A stretch of 64,000 nucleotides of DNA from Tubiluchus corallicola (Eukaryota; Animalia; Priapulida), in assembly GCA_030141605.1 (NCBI GenBank), contig JAQGDQ010000519.1:92611-156610 (forward strand). Direction: 5' to 3'. Position numbers and translations under genes: made by a program. Positions 33,901 to 50,222 of this stretch are shown in pieces. Position 1 is the first letter of the stretch; each line of letters begins with the position of its first letter. Under the pieces are notes generated by a model. It had not been told where the DNA came from and ran no database searches. It saw nothing but the letters and a program-made list of their open reading frames with translations.

Positions 33901-34189
33901 AAAATTCGTTTTGAAATTTTATATCACTTTCATACTGCCTTTTTGCATACAGGACTTCAATCGGCAGTCACGCTGTATAAAACATGTAAATTTAAACTCC
34001 CGCGATGACCGTTAGACGCAGCCATTTTGACGACAGGTCATTTGAAACAAGTTTAGATAACAGTAAGTAAAGTTTGAAAAAATAATCAGAACATTTGTAA
34101 AGCACGTCACTAAACGAGTAAAATTTTAAATTACTGTATCTTGTGAATAAGATTAAAAATGCGTTTTTGGTTACTGAGTGGTGCACCCT

Positions 34190-34870
34190 GGAGGGTGAGT
34201 CAGCGACATTTTACCAATTGGTGAAATTTTTTAAATAATTAAAAATTTTCTTTTCTAGTTACATAAGTTTTTAAGCAGGTAAGTGAAATGCTAAGTAATA
34301 TAGTTTGCGTGGAAAGTCTTTTGAGACATATTTTAACATTTCCTTTTCTTCCCTTGATTTACGTTGTGCGCAGGTGACGTCATGTAATGGCGACTTCGGA
34401 ACAGTATTGCGGGAGTCATACAATCAATGCCAGTATGACATGCGCATAAAATTGCTATAAAGTAATATAATTTTCTAAGGCGATTTCTCTGAAACCTACT
34501 TCAGGTGCCCCTTTTCTTGTCCTTTAAAACTGGACTTGTGCTACCATTACTTTTCTCATAGACACTGACTCTACATTTTACCACCGGGTACCTACTTCAT
34601 GCTTATAGTGAACCTAACTATGGATAGTAATCAAAAAATTCAGGTCACTCTGAAAGATAGAAGAAAGACAAAAGACAGATAGACAGATTACCTCCCCGGA
34701 GGTACAAAACTACCGTGACAAAGCAACATCCTTGTTCCAAATTTCAGCTTCCTAACTGCTCTATCAGTCAAGCCATCGCCCTTTTTCAAAAACGTAGTAC
34801 GCTACCCCCCCCCCCCCCAGCAGATGTGATGGATCCCTTTGCAATTTATAGATTAACTCCTGTACCGAAT
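34190..34870. mobile_element. Possible Helentron/DINE-like non-autonomous repeat
   Basis: ccaaatttcagcttcctaac motif plus a gacaga microsatellite, as seen in such elements; boundaries uncertain. Confidence 0.3.
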
Positions 34871-35420
34871 GTTGTGAAGACACCTTGCGAACTTTTCATA
34901 CAATGTTGCGCTGATGCAAGTGTTTGTAGCGTGTTGATGCATCACAAACCACTTTTCTTACATGTAATCCACTACCTTTTCTTATATTTCTTGTCTCGCA
35001 CAGGGACGAATTAACCATTAGGTTAATAAGGCTATCGCCTTAGGCCCTAAACTTTGGTATTCCTTCAATGTCCTGAGACCGATGACCAATTAAACAGATA
35101 ATGCTATTTAGTAAGCAAAATAACTAAATTGTCAAACTGAACAAACTAAAAGTATATTTGTTTTTTTCTCTTCCGTGCATTGTCACTAAGCACTTGAGCG
35201 ACTGAGTGCCTATGTTATACACAAAATTATTTCCATTCGTCACGAATAAACCACAAAGGTTGTTGATAATAAATAAAAAATGTAGAACAGTTTACTGGCA
35301 TTTTCAATAGTTTGCGAGAAGTTTGATGTAAATTTGACCCATGCATAAGTCTGGTATTTCCTTTTTAGGCTAATATTTAACCAAATAGGTACACTTACGT
35401 CCTGAAATATTCTGTGTGGA

Positions 35421-35699
35421 CAGGGCCTATTTCAGCCTAGGCGAGACCCGGGGAAGTGGAGCGTGTGAGACCCCATCGGGGGGGGGGGGAGTGCCGGGGC
35501 AGGCGCCACCATGGTTGGCGCCCAGAAAATTTTTGAACTGCTAGAACGCCGGAGAAGCATTTTCGAAGAGACAATATGGAGTTATACAGTTGTTAAAGGA
35601 AAGAACAATTGAAAGAAAAATTGCTTTATTCTCAAGACCATTCCTTAATACTTGTCAATACTGGCAAATGGCGCGCGTGCGGCAAGAGAGAGAGAGAGG

Positions 35700-35745
<46 letters not shown>

Positions 35746-35855
35746 AAGAGGAGGCAGTATGTTCGCATAAAGCAAAAAAAATGTTACCTTGGCGTGAGGC
35801 CCCATGGAGGGTGAGGCCCCGGGGAAGTATCCCCCACCCCTTGAAATAGGCCCTG
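35421..35855. mobile_element. hAT-like MITE containing (GA)n
   Basis: TIRs cagggcctatttca / tgaaataggccctg; TSD tgtgtgga/tgggtgaa (6 of 8 match). Confidence 0.75.
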
Positions 35856-37108
35856 TGGGTGAATAAATTTCATGATCAGCAGTATAGCACAATTGGTTGT
35901 ATAATGTCCGTATAGCCCATACGTTCAGGCCACTCGCTTGTTGATAGCCTTAGACACATGAAACCTTTAATCCGCTCTTGTACTCACTCTCTTGAGTGAA
36001 GCCATACAATTCAATTCAAATTTTTATCTCGGTAGTTAAAAACATGTAAAATCGCCCATAGATTACAACACGAAAAGCGTAGATCGAGTTGCTACATTCT
36101 ACAGTTAAGCGCATAATTAAAATTGCAGACAAGAACGTTCCCTAAGCTCGGGATATCATACTTTGTCGCTAAAGTTACTCTTGGTAGTACAGAGAATTAC
36201 TAATGCATTTGCAACCAAAACGATCTTGCATCGCTTGAGCTCGATTCCCCTTGCTTTCTGATTCATTATGCCCAAGGCCTCTTCATAAGTCCTTTTCTCA
36301 AAGAAGAATTGGAAATAAGATGTTGGGCGCCGAGTAATCCGCTAGCCGAAGTAGGACAATTGGCGTACATGGGCTGCCCAAGTAGGACACTAGAGACAGG
36401 TCGCAAATTGAGTCGTTAACCGTACTGGCACCGTTCGATGTTGTTGTTTATGTAATACTAACAATTAAACACGTCAATACACGTTGAGTAATTCTTTATA
36501 CATCTGATAAAATAAAAGAATTTTATTCTGAGTTAGTATAATTTTGCTAATATGAATCTTCTTTGAAGTGAAATAAGTGCACTTTTAGGAGATTCCAACA
36601 TTTGCTTAAGGCATATCATTTTTTATTTTGTCTTGCTTCACAGAGAGTTGATCATTTTACTCCCTCTTTGAAATAATTAGTTGAAATAACAGTTTTCATG
36701 TGTTTATGCCTTTAACGTATGCGAGCAATATGGCAAAAAGTTCAATATTAATATTGTAAACATCCAACGAAACAAAGTCAAAAGCAAATGCATCAGATTT
36801 TGCAATAAGGCGGAAAGTAATAAACGCTATCCAATTATCCAATTGTTTTTCTTAACGATGCTCCAGTTACTTGGTCGTACCTTAAATTGTAAATTTGAAA
36901 ATGAAATTCTAAAATAAATTAAAATAATTCTAAGTAAAAAAATAAACCAATTTTTGGTTTGATAAATCAGATCTTAAATTGAAATTGTTTAACAATTATT
37001 GTTACTGTTTTTACAGTTTTCGAATATGGCGACTGGATAACCTGATCATAAATCGCATTGAAACTCCATGGAACCTATTATTATTATTATAAGTCTTTTA
37101 TTGAACAA

Positions 37109-37403
<295 letters not shown>

Positions 37404-37580
37404 GAGCCAAATATTCAAAAATACTCATAAGCGACGTCACTATTTTCAAAATTATAAGATCATCAGCGAAGTCAATCAAACTGTGAACAAGTAAATGCAA
37501 TAATGATTAATGATTCTATTAGTACGTTCAATTGTTCACAAGCTGCTGTCATTTGGCAAATTTCCTATTGCTTTAGTTAC

Positions 37581-38283
<703 letters not shown>

Positions 38284-38715
38284 ATTCTACGGAACAGGTG
38301 GGGAGCTGCACAAAATGCTCGAATTTAGGAATCACACGAAGTCAAATTAAAATAAAATAAATGAAATTAAAACAATAAATTTCGCAATTCAAGGATAGGC
38401 TTAACCGTTACTTTATAAAAATGTTCAAGTGCAGGTCGCGAAAGATTGTGAGAAGATTTTGTTTAAAACATCAACACGTAATTCGGTTTTCTCAGCAATG
38501 GCATTAATATGTGGATCCTCTTTTAAATTCGATTGCAAGTATAAACGTAGATGTTTATGATTCTTTGCCCAGTCTAGTTCTCTATTGTTAGGATATAAAT
38601 TGCGACAACCGGGTAAATCAGATTTATTGCTAAACACCTTGACTTTGGATTTTACTACATTAAATTTTCGTTCCGTTCCATTAACGTTCCATTAACGTTC
38701 CATTAATTTTTGCCA

Positions 38716-41220
38716 ATAATTGTGCTTTAAAATTTTTGCCCGTTGGAATGAAATTCTATTGTACTTTTAATAGTTTTAACATATGTCATTTATATAAATT
38801 TTTAACTACTTTGTCTAAATTAATTTTCGCAAATAGCAAGTTTATGCCTAAAAAAATTAGTTTTATTATTAATTGTGTTTTATGGCTTAAGACATGTAAC
38901 GCCAACGACCGGAAATAAATTATTTTCCATGTTTTAACACTTGAGGCCGCTTCGTTCGCTTCTTACTGCCTTTAATGCTTATGCGAACTGGTGCAACTGT
39001 AATAGCAAAAATAAATATGACATGTCTCGTCAGGTATATTCATAGCGTAGTCATACTATCCCTTTTTATTAAAATGCTTTTTTTATGTTTAAAGATATTT
39101 TCATTTGTTTTAGCCTTTTTTAGATTTGGTTTATTCGTTTTGCTGCTGTAATAGTTGTTGTCATAATATGAGCGACACTCTCAAGTGCTTTTACCTGCCC
39201 ATTTATTGTACATCCGATTTGGCTCCTTTACCAAAATATTTGCTTGAATCAAAAGCTCATTTTAACATGTAATTGTGTAACGAGTGGATTTTTACTTCAC
39301 AAAATTACATTGGGCCGTGATTAATGACGTACAAATGTGATAAAAATTCATTTCGATGAATCAGCGGATATGGCAACGAGATATTTTCAAATTACGTTTA
39401 AAACTTGATGTATATTAGTGGTGGTTGAATACATATGACTTCTGTTCTCAGGAGAAGAGTTTACATCAGGGGTGTGCAAATTGTGGCGCGCGAAGAGATT
39501 TGTCAACCTAATGAAAGTGCGGCCCGGGCGATTAATTGAGTGTATCCAGCTGAAGTCCGTGCCGCGATCCCAAAGATAGTGCGGGTAGTTTTTTCTACTA
39601 GATCGGATGCCATTAACCCTTACAAGACCGTTGTAGCTTAATGTCAATGTACTACACAGACTGTGTGATACGCATTACTAATATGAATTGTAATGAAATT
39701 ACCACTATCTGTCCTGAAAGTAGAAATATATGGTTTGTAATATAAATTTTAATAACTTCTAAAATAGTTTCTTGAGTGTAGTAGTAATGATGTACGCACG
39801 TCGGATGCAAAAAAATCATTATTAGGCCTTTCTGTACTTGGCTCCTTGATCAAACTGCCTGTGGCCTGCAGGAATTGCGGGAAAGTTCAATGTGGCCCGG
39901 CTAGTCAGATAATTTGCACACCCCTGATTTACATGTTGTACTGATGCGTCTTAGTGATTTGTTATTTTGGAGTGTTTTATTTGATGCAACATCAGTATGA
40001 TTTACTTTGCTTTTCTTACTGTACCACTTATTTCAGTTTAGTCTGTTCCTGTGATTCTAGTCTTTGTTGTCTCACCTCTCATTTTTTCTTACACTTTCTT
40101 TTGCTCTGTCTGTCTTTTGTTTCTTTTTTGATATTGTGTTTTTGAGGTAGTTAAAACTTCTGTATAGTTGTAGAAAACAGTTTTACAGGTTTGAAGCTGA
40201 CTCAGTCTTCCGTGCTCATCAAACACATCGTTTATTTTTATCAAAACATACTTGTTACAGCTTTTGCTTTGGAAGTATTGCTAATTTATTGTATGCTAAT
40301 AATATTTATACTAGCAGTACTAATTTGGCAAATAACATAGGAGGCATTACGCTAAGCAGCCGTCTGCGTTGTAAATTGTTCTTCAAAACAATGCGCATGT
40401 GCAGTGGGCACAATTCTTTAATATTTCCACATATTCACATGGAATTGTCGGCGAAAATAAGGAAAGTTTATCATCAAAATTAAAATTACGCCTGCGTGGA
40501 AAATTTAATGTGAAATATGTAAACATTGTTTACTTTACGCGTTTGAGCTGTTGCTATTCGTCAGTTCGCTAGACCCACCTTTCGCTTGCGCAGTACGCAG
40601 CTTCGTTTAAATAGTTATTGTATCGGGGCGACGTCTGGCGTGGTTTTAGGAAATGATTGCTTTAATTTCTCTCAATTTGACGAATAGACTGTCTACTATA
40701 GTGATAGGCAAATACGGTAATATTCTAGCAATATGTTAATAATAATATCATTAATATTATTACACCAACTATTACAACAGCAAAACGAATAAACCAAATT
40801 TAAAAAGGCTAAAACAAATGAAAATATTTTTAAATTTGAAGAAAGCATTTTAATAAAAAGGGATAGTATGACTATGCTATGAAAATACCTGATGAGACGT
40901 ATTATTGTTATTTTTGCTATTACAGTTGCCCCAGTTCGCAGAAGGATTAAAGGCAGTAAAAAGCGAACGAAGCGGCCTCAAGTGTTAGTTTTACTTTTGG
41001 AAAAACATGGAAAATAATTTATTTCGTGTCGTTGGCGTTACATGTCTTAAGCCATAAAACACAATTAATAACTAAACTAATTTTTAGGCATAAACTTGCA
41101 ATTTGCAAAAATTAATTTAGAGAAAGTAGTTAAAAATTTATATAAATGACATATGTTAAAACTGTTAAAAGTACAATAAAATTTCATCCCAAAGGGCAAA
41201 AATTTTTAGAGCACAATTAT
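38716..41220. mobile_element. Foldback-type element with inverted arms of about 420 bp (38716-39140 and 40780-41220)
   Basis: ataattgtgctttaaaatttttgccc... versus ...gggcaaaaatttttagagcacaattat; the hAT MITE at 39467-39926 is nested in the spacer. Confidence 0.8.
39467..39926 (-). mobile_element. hAT-superfamily MITE, copy 2
   Basis: Same TIRs; TSD gtttacat/atttacat (7 of 8 match); small internal deletion relative to copy 1. Confidence 0.9.
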
Positions 41221-41379
41221 AAAAACATCAGTATGTTAAATTACATGTTTTAAGAACTATTAGAAATAAGTTGCTGTTCAGAAATAAATAAAAAGTTTCG
41301 TTTTTCCACCTGATTTGCCAACAGTGTTTCAACTAAAATATTTCCTTGTTATTGACGGCTGTACACAGCATATACTGAT

Positions 41380-42129
41380 ATACAATTATTAGTAACTGTA
41401 TATTAATGTAAAAAAAATCTAATTTACAAAACTTTAATTTTGCCCCATTATTTATATGCCTGCATACTGTACCAAAAAGTGAAAAGAGAGTCATACATCA
41501 AGTTAAATGTACTTCAAAACTACGCTTTACGATTAGTTAATGGCCATTCTTTGAAATCATCTCACAATACAAGTAAATATTCTGTCACCTCTTTAAGAAA
41601 CTCCATGAAAATCCCGATATTAGAAGCCCACAGAGATTATCAAACTCTCCTGTTTCTCTATAAATATATCAGCAATATTAATTCTCCTTTCAAAAACAAT
41701 AAGCTCCCACTTCTTAAAAACCCCAGTATGAATAACAGAACACTAAATTTAAGAAACATCAGAACGAACAATCAATATGGAAAGATTTCCATTACTAAGC
41801 AAGCAATACAACTTTGGAATTCATTACCGACATCACTAAAACACAGCAGCTCTTTATCAATATTCAAGTCTAAATTAAAAAAAACATTTAATGACTCGTT
41901 TTGAATATCCGACATACGAACACGATGATACTCACTCAAATCATAATTTCATTTTTCCTAGACCTTACTAAACTAGTTTATATTTTATTTTTGAATTTCT
42001 AGTTGCACTTATAGTTTAGCTTGCACCATACGCATTTGCCCATAACAGTGTATGTTTTTATATGAACTAACACTGATTGTCTGTCTTTTATTATGATGGT
42101 CAATGTTTTAAAATAGCAAATAAAGATTT

Positions 42130-42130
<1 letters not shown>
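41380..42130 (+). mobile_element. L2-like LINE 3' end
   Basis: ORF 41440-41904 (LPHY.YA.....KLNVLQNYALRLV...LWNSLPTSLK.SSSLSIFKSKLK) is an RT C-terminus; AATAAA then a (TAC)n tail. Confidence 0.8.
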
Positions 42131-42977
<847 letters not shown>

Positions 42978-43336
42978 GTAACTGTATATAGTTATTTTAA
43001 CGATCATTCAGTTTAGAATTTTGCATTATTTTTCTGACCCAAATTACCAGCAAACACATAAAATTTTAGGCTAATAGTTGAATTTTATTAATTTTATTCA
43101 AAACTGTCCTCGACGCAGTATGGTATACACTGAATAGATATTTTACCTGCTAACATCGCGTTTGTTTACTTGTGTTATTAGAACAGTAGGACTTTGGCTA
43201 CGGACGTCACTTGATGTTACGCACAAAAATACGATAATAGTTTTGTTGTTGTTGTGTCTTCTTGAAACAATTTTCGTTTTTATATTATTTGAACACGTGG
43301 CATCAATGGACTTTCATACGGGGGAGTTTAGTAACT

Positions 43337-43876
43337 AAGTAAATTAATGAAGTAATTAAACAAATACGTCTGAAGCAAGTAAATAAGTAAATTAATGAAG
43401 TAATTAAACAAATACGTCTGACGTCTAAAGCAAGTAGGCAAGTAAATTAATGAAGTAATTAAACAAATACGTCTAAAGCAAGTAGGCAAGTAAATTAATG
43501 AAGTAATTAAACAAATACGTCTGAAGCAAGTAAATAAGTAAATTAATGAAGTAATTAAACAAATACGTCTAAAGCAAGTAGGCAAGTAAATTAATGAAGT
43601 AATTAAACAAATACGTCTGAAGCAAGTAAGCAAGTAAGTTAATGAAGTAATTAAACAAATACGTCTGAAGCAAGTAAGCAAGTAAGTTAATGAAGTAATT
43701 AAACAAATACGTCTGAAGCAAGTAAGCAAGTAAGTTAATGAAGTAATTAAACAAATACGTCTGAAGCAAGTAAGCAAGTAAGTTAATGAAGTAATTAAAC
43801 AAATACGTCTGAAGCAAGTAAGCAAGTAAGTTAATGAAGTAATTAAACAAATACGTCTGAAGCAAGTAAGCAAGTA
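43337..43876. repeat. 48-bp minisatellite, about 11 copies
   Basis: Unit aagtaagttaatgaagtaattaaacaaatacgtctgaagcaagtaagc. Confidence 0.95.
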
Positions 43877-44083
43877 GGTCTATCATCAATCACAGCATTA
43901 AAAATTGCGATTGTTCACAAGACGTCGTTACGTAGTTTGAAAAAACACGAGTTTATGGTTTCGCTTGATTTAATTTTGGTAAGCTGGACATCAACAGGGC
44001 GAACTCGTTCCCAATTGCTCCCAGGCTAACATAGCATAATACAGCATAATGTAATGTAACGTAGCGTAGCACAACTCGACATC

Positions 44084-44296
44084 ACATAACATAACATAAC
44101 ATAACATAACATAACATAACATAACATAACATATCATAACATAACATAACATAACATAACATAACATAACATAACATAACATAACATAACATAACATAAC
44201 ATAACATAACATAACATAACATAACATAACATAACATAACATAACATAACATAACATAACATAACATAACATAACATAACATAAAATAACATAACA
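44084..44296. repeat. (CATAA)n pentanucleotide microsatellite
   Basis: Directly visible. Confidence 0.97.
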
Positions 44297-44883
44297 TTAG
44301 TAACTTTGTTTTGTAAAATTGCAAACGCTTTCACATTAATGCTCCTTTCTTTTATTATTAATAGCCGATTCAAAAGACCCTCTTGACCATATCTGGGACT
44401 TCGTGTAATTACGTCAACTGTAGTCGCTTGTCACTGGCCAATGGTCACTTCAATAATAAATCAGAAATTTCAGCGGTAAATTGTTGTTTGACTGAAGTAG
44501 GGCTTTGGTTCAATTTCCCTATTTGTCGTCTAAAGGATTAATTTAACAATAGCTGAGCAGTTTTCACCTGATCCATAGACTTCCTCATTGTTATAATCTA
44601 TTGTGTGCGCATTATTGCAGTAACCCAGATGCAGGTGTAGCCCTGGAGGGAGGTCCTTGCTACAGGGGAGGAACTGCAAACGTCTCACAGACGAAGCTAA
44701 ACGTTTCTTTATCAAGTATGAATATGCAAATCACTGTACGCGTTAAATTATAGAAATATTGCAAATTTATTTGACGGAGAATTAATGTCAATTGGAAGTT
44801 TCATTTACGACTGTATGCATAGATTTTTGAATTAAATAGTATAGCTTTGTTAGCGGACATATAACCGCATCACTGTGATTATC

Positions 44884-45142
44884 ATATAGGTAAAATATTT
44901 GTTTATCACATGTGTACAAATGCTTAGTAAATAGTTTTTTTCACTTCATGGAGTTTACAACTAAATTTGTATATCTGTGTATATACCTTGTGCAGCTATG
45001 TTGAGTCAAATTGTTAGTATGATCTGGAAATCATTACCCGAGCTCTGCCCGCTGATAAAACCATCGGGTATGCGTCGAGTTTGTAATTTTCGTGTTGGAA
45101 ATTTGATTTTCAGAAATAAAATATCTGTCTATATCTATCTAC
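44884..45142 (+). mobile_element. Retroposon 3' end with short (TCTA)n tail, copy 2
   Basis: Same body, AATAAA, tail of only about 20 bp. Confidence 0.8.
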
Positions 45143-47989
45143 TACGCGCATACGTCAAATATTAATATACAATCAATATCCTATTGGGCAGCATAAATGA
45201 CAACGCAAACGGCAATACACTCTTCAGACAGCATCTACAATTTAGCAAATTTAGAGCATTTTTCGACAGCATTTTCTAAATTCATTTAGTATAAAATACT
45301 TGTTTAGTTTGTTTTGCCAGTGCAAGTACCATACCGCACAAGATCACGGCGGTCTTGCAGAGACCCCACCTCCACCAGGTCCCACCCCCACCCCCGATCG
45401 GTACCACTCCGGACGTTCAGGCGGCAGCTGTCACACCACAAATCGACATTTTGCCAATTTACCGACGACAAAACCTGACCTCAGTCGAATTGTTTTAGCC
45501 ACTAACAAAGGAGACGTCCAGAAATAGCCGCAACTCATTATGCTAAAACAGAGCGCAGCTAATCTGTAGAAGAGAATGACCTCCAACGCAGTTTTAACCC
45601 TTTACCAAATACACGTCCTGAAACAAAGGCGCTCCGAAAATAGCCCCACATATAGTTTATTATGCTTTGTTATGACTCATTGCTGACCAGCGCAGTGGTC
45701 ACTTGTTTTTGGCCGTTTGATTTCGGATCTGCGCAGTGCGTGGAGAAAGAGTGCTAGCGACGTCTGTCTGTTTCTTGTCTTTTTTCACTTCTGAGTTAAA
45801 ACTGCAAAGATAATGTTGCAATTTTTCTTCATCTTTAGCTGCTAGTTGATTGGATGCGGTGCTCAAACATTCGGTAAGTCCTTTTTCATGAAAATGTTTT
45901 ATTCGTTTTTTTCGGAGGGTTTTAGTCGTGGTGCACAGCACACGAAAAAGATTGGACGGTATCTCGGACATTGATTCCGGGAAAGAGTTACATGGCGGCT
46001 GACTGCATCGTATTTATAGCTTAGCCAAGAGCTGTAATACGAAACATGTCAGTAGTGGATAAAATCATCTACACTTAACCATAGCAAACGAAAAATTTCG
46101 GCAAAAAACAATTATAAAGGTCGCCAATATCAATGGCGAATAAAATTAATGTTAATATGTAATACACTTTCCAAGTGAAAAGGCAAACAGTAACAAATCT
46201 GTGCAAATCGGTTTTTCTTATACAAAATTGTCTTTTTTCACCACTTTTCCAACATTGCATGTTTTTAATATTTTTGCTTAAAACACAAAAAATACTTTTT
46301 GTTCCAATTATTTTTTAAACTCATCAGTTAGTGTAGTACAGAATGATATCGTCGCCAAGTAATCAATTTTTCATTTCTCCGCCATTTTTTTTTGAAATAT
46401 ATTGTAACAAAAATGTTTAAAAACCCCCATGCTGTATTTGCTTACTTATATTTTATATAAATAAATTTATATTTTCTGATCATTTATATTAATAATTCTG
46501 CCGACTGGATAGTTTAGAAGGAAAAAATTCTCTGCACTGTAATACATGTAAGGCTTGTGTTCAGATATGTAAAAATAGATCAATTAAGCTTTTTTGTTTC
46601 TTCAAACTTACAAAAAATGAACCATGAAAGGTTTTTAGCTGAAATTTAGTTTTTTATGAAAATGCGTAAAAATAGGTCTACCGTTTTCAATGCACGTGTT
46701 TCAATTATTAGCATTTCTTTACGTTAATGCGTTTGATAAATTCGTTATTTGTACTAAAATATATTAAGACTTCCTTGTGAAAACAGTAAAAAAGAAGCCA
46801 CTTTGCAAGCTTTGTTAACGTAGAAAATAAGCTTACTTATTTCTTATGCTGTTGAGCGCACTATACTGAGTAGTAAGTTGAATACTATACTGAGTATGTC
46901 TGAGTTCAACGATTGTGACTGTGTGATTTTGATTTTTCGCTTAAAATACTGAAATATTTTCCAATCTTTGTGCTTAATTATAATATCTGTGTCGCCTTGA
47001 ATATATGGCGTGGTTAATGGTTGTGTTTACAACGCCATGCTTACATGATGCATTTTGTGATAATAATGTTCAATTCCAAGAAAGCAATGAGAATTAAATC
47101 CTGAAATTACTAATAAACGAATAACGCTACATACGAAAGTAAGTGTCTGCGTTTATAGAGTTAAATTACCTAAACTAGCGTAGACTGTTGTAGGTTGGTT
47201 TAAAATTTCTTTTCTTTCATCTACCCGTATGTAAAAGACAGTACAGTACACACGCAGATTTGTTGATATCTTATAGCTCTCTGTTGTAGGCTGTATGCAA
47301 TATATATAAATGTACAAGATAAATTAGTAAAAATGAAATGAGCTGTTACTAGTAGCGCGTTTCATTGGCATAAGTGTGTACAGCATATAGAACGAGGATT
47401 ATGATAATTATTGCAGTCATCGGGTATGAGAGCTTGCTTATTTAAAATGATAATGTAGGTCGATTCGTCTGTTGCCGTGTGCACAGGTTTACTGCATTAT
47501 AGCCGCGTTGTCTTTAAATTATGTATCTATATCATAAAGTGGAAGAGATTTACCATTCTTATGGAAATATTGCAATGGGATTTATAGAATTACTGTGTGG
47601 CATGTCAGTAGTGGGTGACCAGTTTGCTTATCGTAATAGTAGATAGTATTTTAAGAATAATTTGGGCCCGGTTTGTTCTTCGATTCGATGGCGAAACTAT
47701 ATTTTTCCCGTGGATTTAGTAAAATGTATTAGTAAGGTTTCAGATTAGGTTTTTCTTTCTTTGAAATGGAGAAATTGTCGATTAGGTATTAGTCTGCCAA
47801 TATAATTCATTTAGGATTTAAATTTATGCTGCGTTTGTCAAGTAGCTCTTAGCAAGCAATAGGCGAACTTACTCGCAATGCGTAAGCGTGAGAAATAATA
47901 AAAAAATGGCCTGGGTCATACATAATTATTACATTACTAAAATATTTTTATTTATTTATATTATTTATTATCAGTAGTAAAAACAAATA

Positions 47990-48142
47990 GCCCCTCCTCT
48001 CTCTCTCTCTCTCTCTCTCCGTCCTTCCCTCCCCTCTCTCTCTTTCTCTCTCTCTCTCTTTCTTTCTTTCTCTCTCTCTCTCTCCCCCTCATCTCCCTCC
48101 CCCCTCTCTCTCTTTCCCTGCCTTTCATCCCTTTGCCCTCCC
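47990..48142. repeat. (CT)n-rich polypyrimidine tract
   Basis: Directly visible. Confidence 0.9.
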
Positions 48143-49629
48143 GTTCTGTGTCGACTTTGCAAATGTACTTTGATTTTTTCAGTTTATTAATAATATTTTT
48201 ACCAATGCAACATAATTGCACTTGTACATTTTTTATACTATACTTATTACAGTAAGTTTTGCTATAGTTATTTCATTCGCTTTCACGAACCCTCTCTAAC
48301 CTGTTTCCTTTGCGCTTTGCGACTCATTAGACACATACCCATAATAGAATTGTTCGCAATACTAACAAACGATTTGTGATTGTATTTTGGTCGAAAAATG
48401 TCTTTAATTTTGTGCGTTAAACCAGAGACGGGATAAAATTTTCCGTATTTGATAATAAAAATGTGACTGCTTGCATTTTTATACTGAGTATAATGTCCCG
48501 TAGTATTATAGATACGCCCCTCGCGTTTTTTACGATTCGGTTCCGCCCTCTTCACCAAATAGCCACTGGTCAGCCGAAAAGAAAAACAGCTTATTAACTC
48601 TTTGGCGCGCTACAGCCAGCAGGATATTCAACAAAAACGTGAAAACCAGTTACTATTTTAAGAGCTAACTCTACACCCAATCCCACAGCCGTTGGTCAGT
48701 AACCCTTGTTTCTTTGTCCGTGTGAAGAAAAGTGACCACTCGTTTTGTGGTAGGGCAGCTGTTTTGCTGATACAATGGTCAGTTTTCCGTGTAGAGAAGG
48801 TTGCTATTTATTATGTACAGTAGTCATTTTATCACGTGATCTCATTACGTCTCGGGCATTAGTGTGTCCCTCAGGAGTGGCCAGTCGGAACAGCAGTTAA
48901 TGCAGGAATCTATACGATCTGGGAATGAGTGGGGATGCGTCCAGAAAATCGGGGAATTAGGGAAAATGCAAAATGGTCAATGACATAAATGATTTACGGA
49001 AACTAGGTAAACATTTTAGCTAATTAATTTTCTAAATTATTTACTTTTAGGACGGTATTAAATATTTCCTAATTGGGATGAAATGTAATATAATTGTGTT
49101 TGTTGAACAATTCAATTCAATTCATTTATTAACTCCTCAAGAATTAACAAAATATAGTATTAGGAATACATGCAATGTTACGTAACAAAGGAGAAGGGCA
49201 GTGAAGAACACGTAGGTTATCTAGTCAGCCACCCCTAAATAGCAACGATTAAGTAAAATTAATTTTGGCACCGTTTTCAATTTAAATTTGAATTCTATTC
49301 ACGTGTGTAATTGGCAATTAAATGATGGGAAACGCAATATTGTAGAACATTATAATTTAAATAACCAAAAATTTACAATTCTAAAATACTGTGAATATGC
49401 GAAGCAAACAAAATCAACATTTTTAAATTTTTTTGCGTACAGTTTGCTATACATCACGAGAGATCCGATTTCAATAAAACGTTTATTTTAACTACAGGAA
49501 AATAGGTACGTTTAATGTAGAATTTAAATTGTCTAGTTTTTAACGATTTTTGTCAAAACATGAACGTTGTTTTTTAGTTTTTTCATTTTAGTATTAAGCA
49601 ATTTACAACAAGCTTTGAGTTAATATACT

Positions 49630-50222
49630 TATGAATTATGAATTTATTCCACAGCAACTCAAACATACATATAAATTGTTATTACATTGAAAAAAAATAA
49701 ACTATGCGAGTTACTGTGAGGAGAAGGAAGGAGCATTGAGCTTTCGAGCCCTCCTCCAGATAAGTGAAACAATTAACATTGCATAGTATTTTCATCAGTT
49801 ATAATTTACATTAGAACAAAATAAGTTTTGTTAGTAACTTAAGATCAGAATGAGTAAAATTGTGAGTTAATTATACCGGTGTAGTAGGTAATTCTTTGAT
49901 ACTTCTTTAAATTGATAAAGATTAAGAGTTTTCATTTCACATGGAAATGATGACCATATTTTAATAGCATTATGTTTTGATGACTGTTTCATTCTATTTG
50001 TTTTTGGAAGAGGGAGTACATAGTTTCCGACTGAATATCTTGTGTAATGATCATGTTGATTTGAAACTGGACTAAAGTATGACTGAAAAGCTGGTGGAAG
50101 TAGTGAATTATGATACTGATACATGAAATGAAGACAATACATGTCATATATTTCTTTCACTTTAAGAGTTTTAACAAACAAGTAAATTATATTACCCATC
50201 ACTAGGCATATCATCATTATAT
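49630..50222 (-). mobile_element. L2/Daphne-like LINE 3' end, copy 2
   Basis: ORF 49867-50217 (FMYQYHNSLLPPAFQSYF...HDHYTR...KIWSSFP); shares its tail with 32180-32625. Confidence 0.8.

Noticed and set aside
45699-45971. 90-aa ATG ORF on the minus strand
   Set aside because: No recognisable domain; possibly a transposon remnant, but I cannot support a call.
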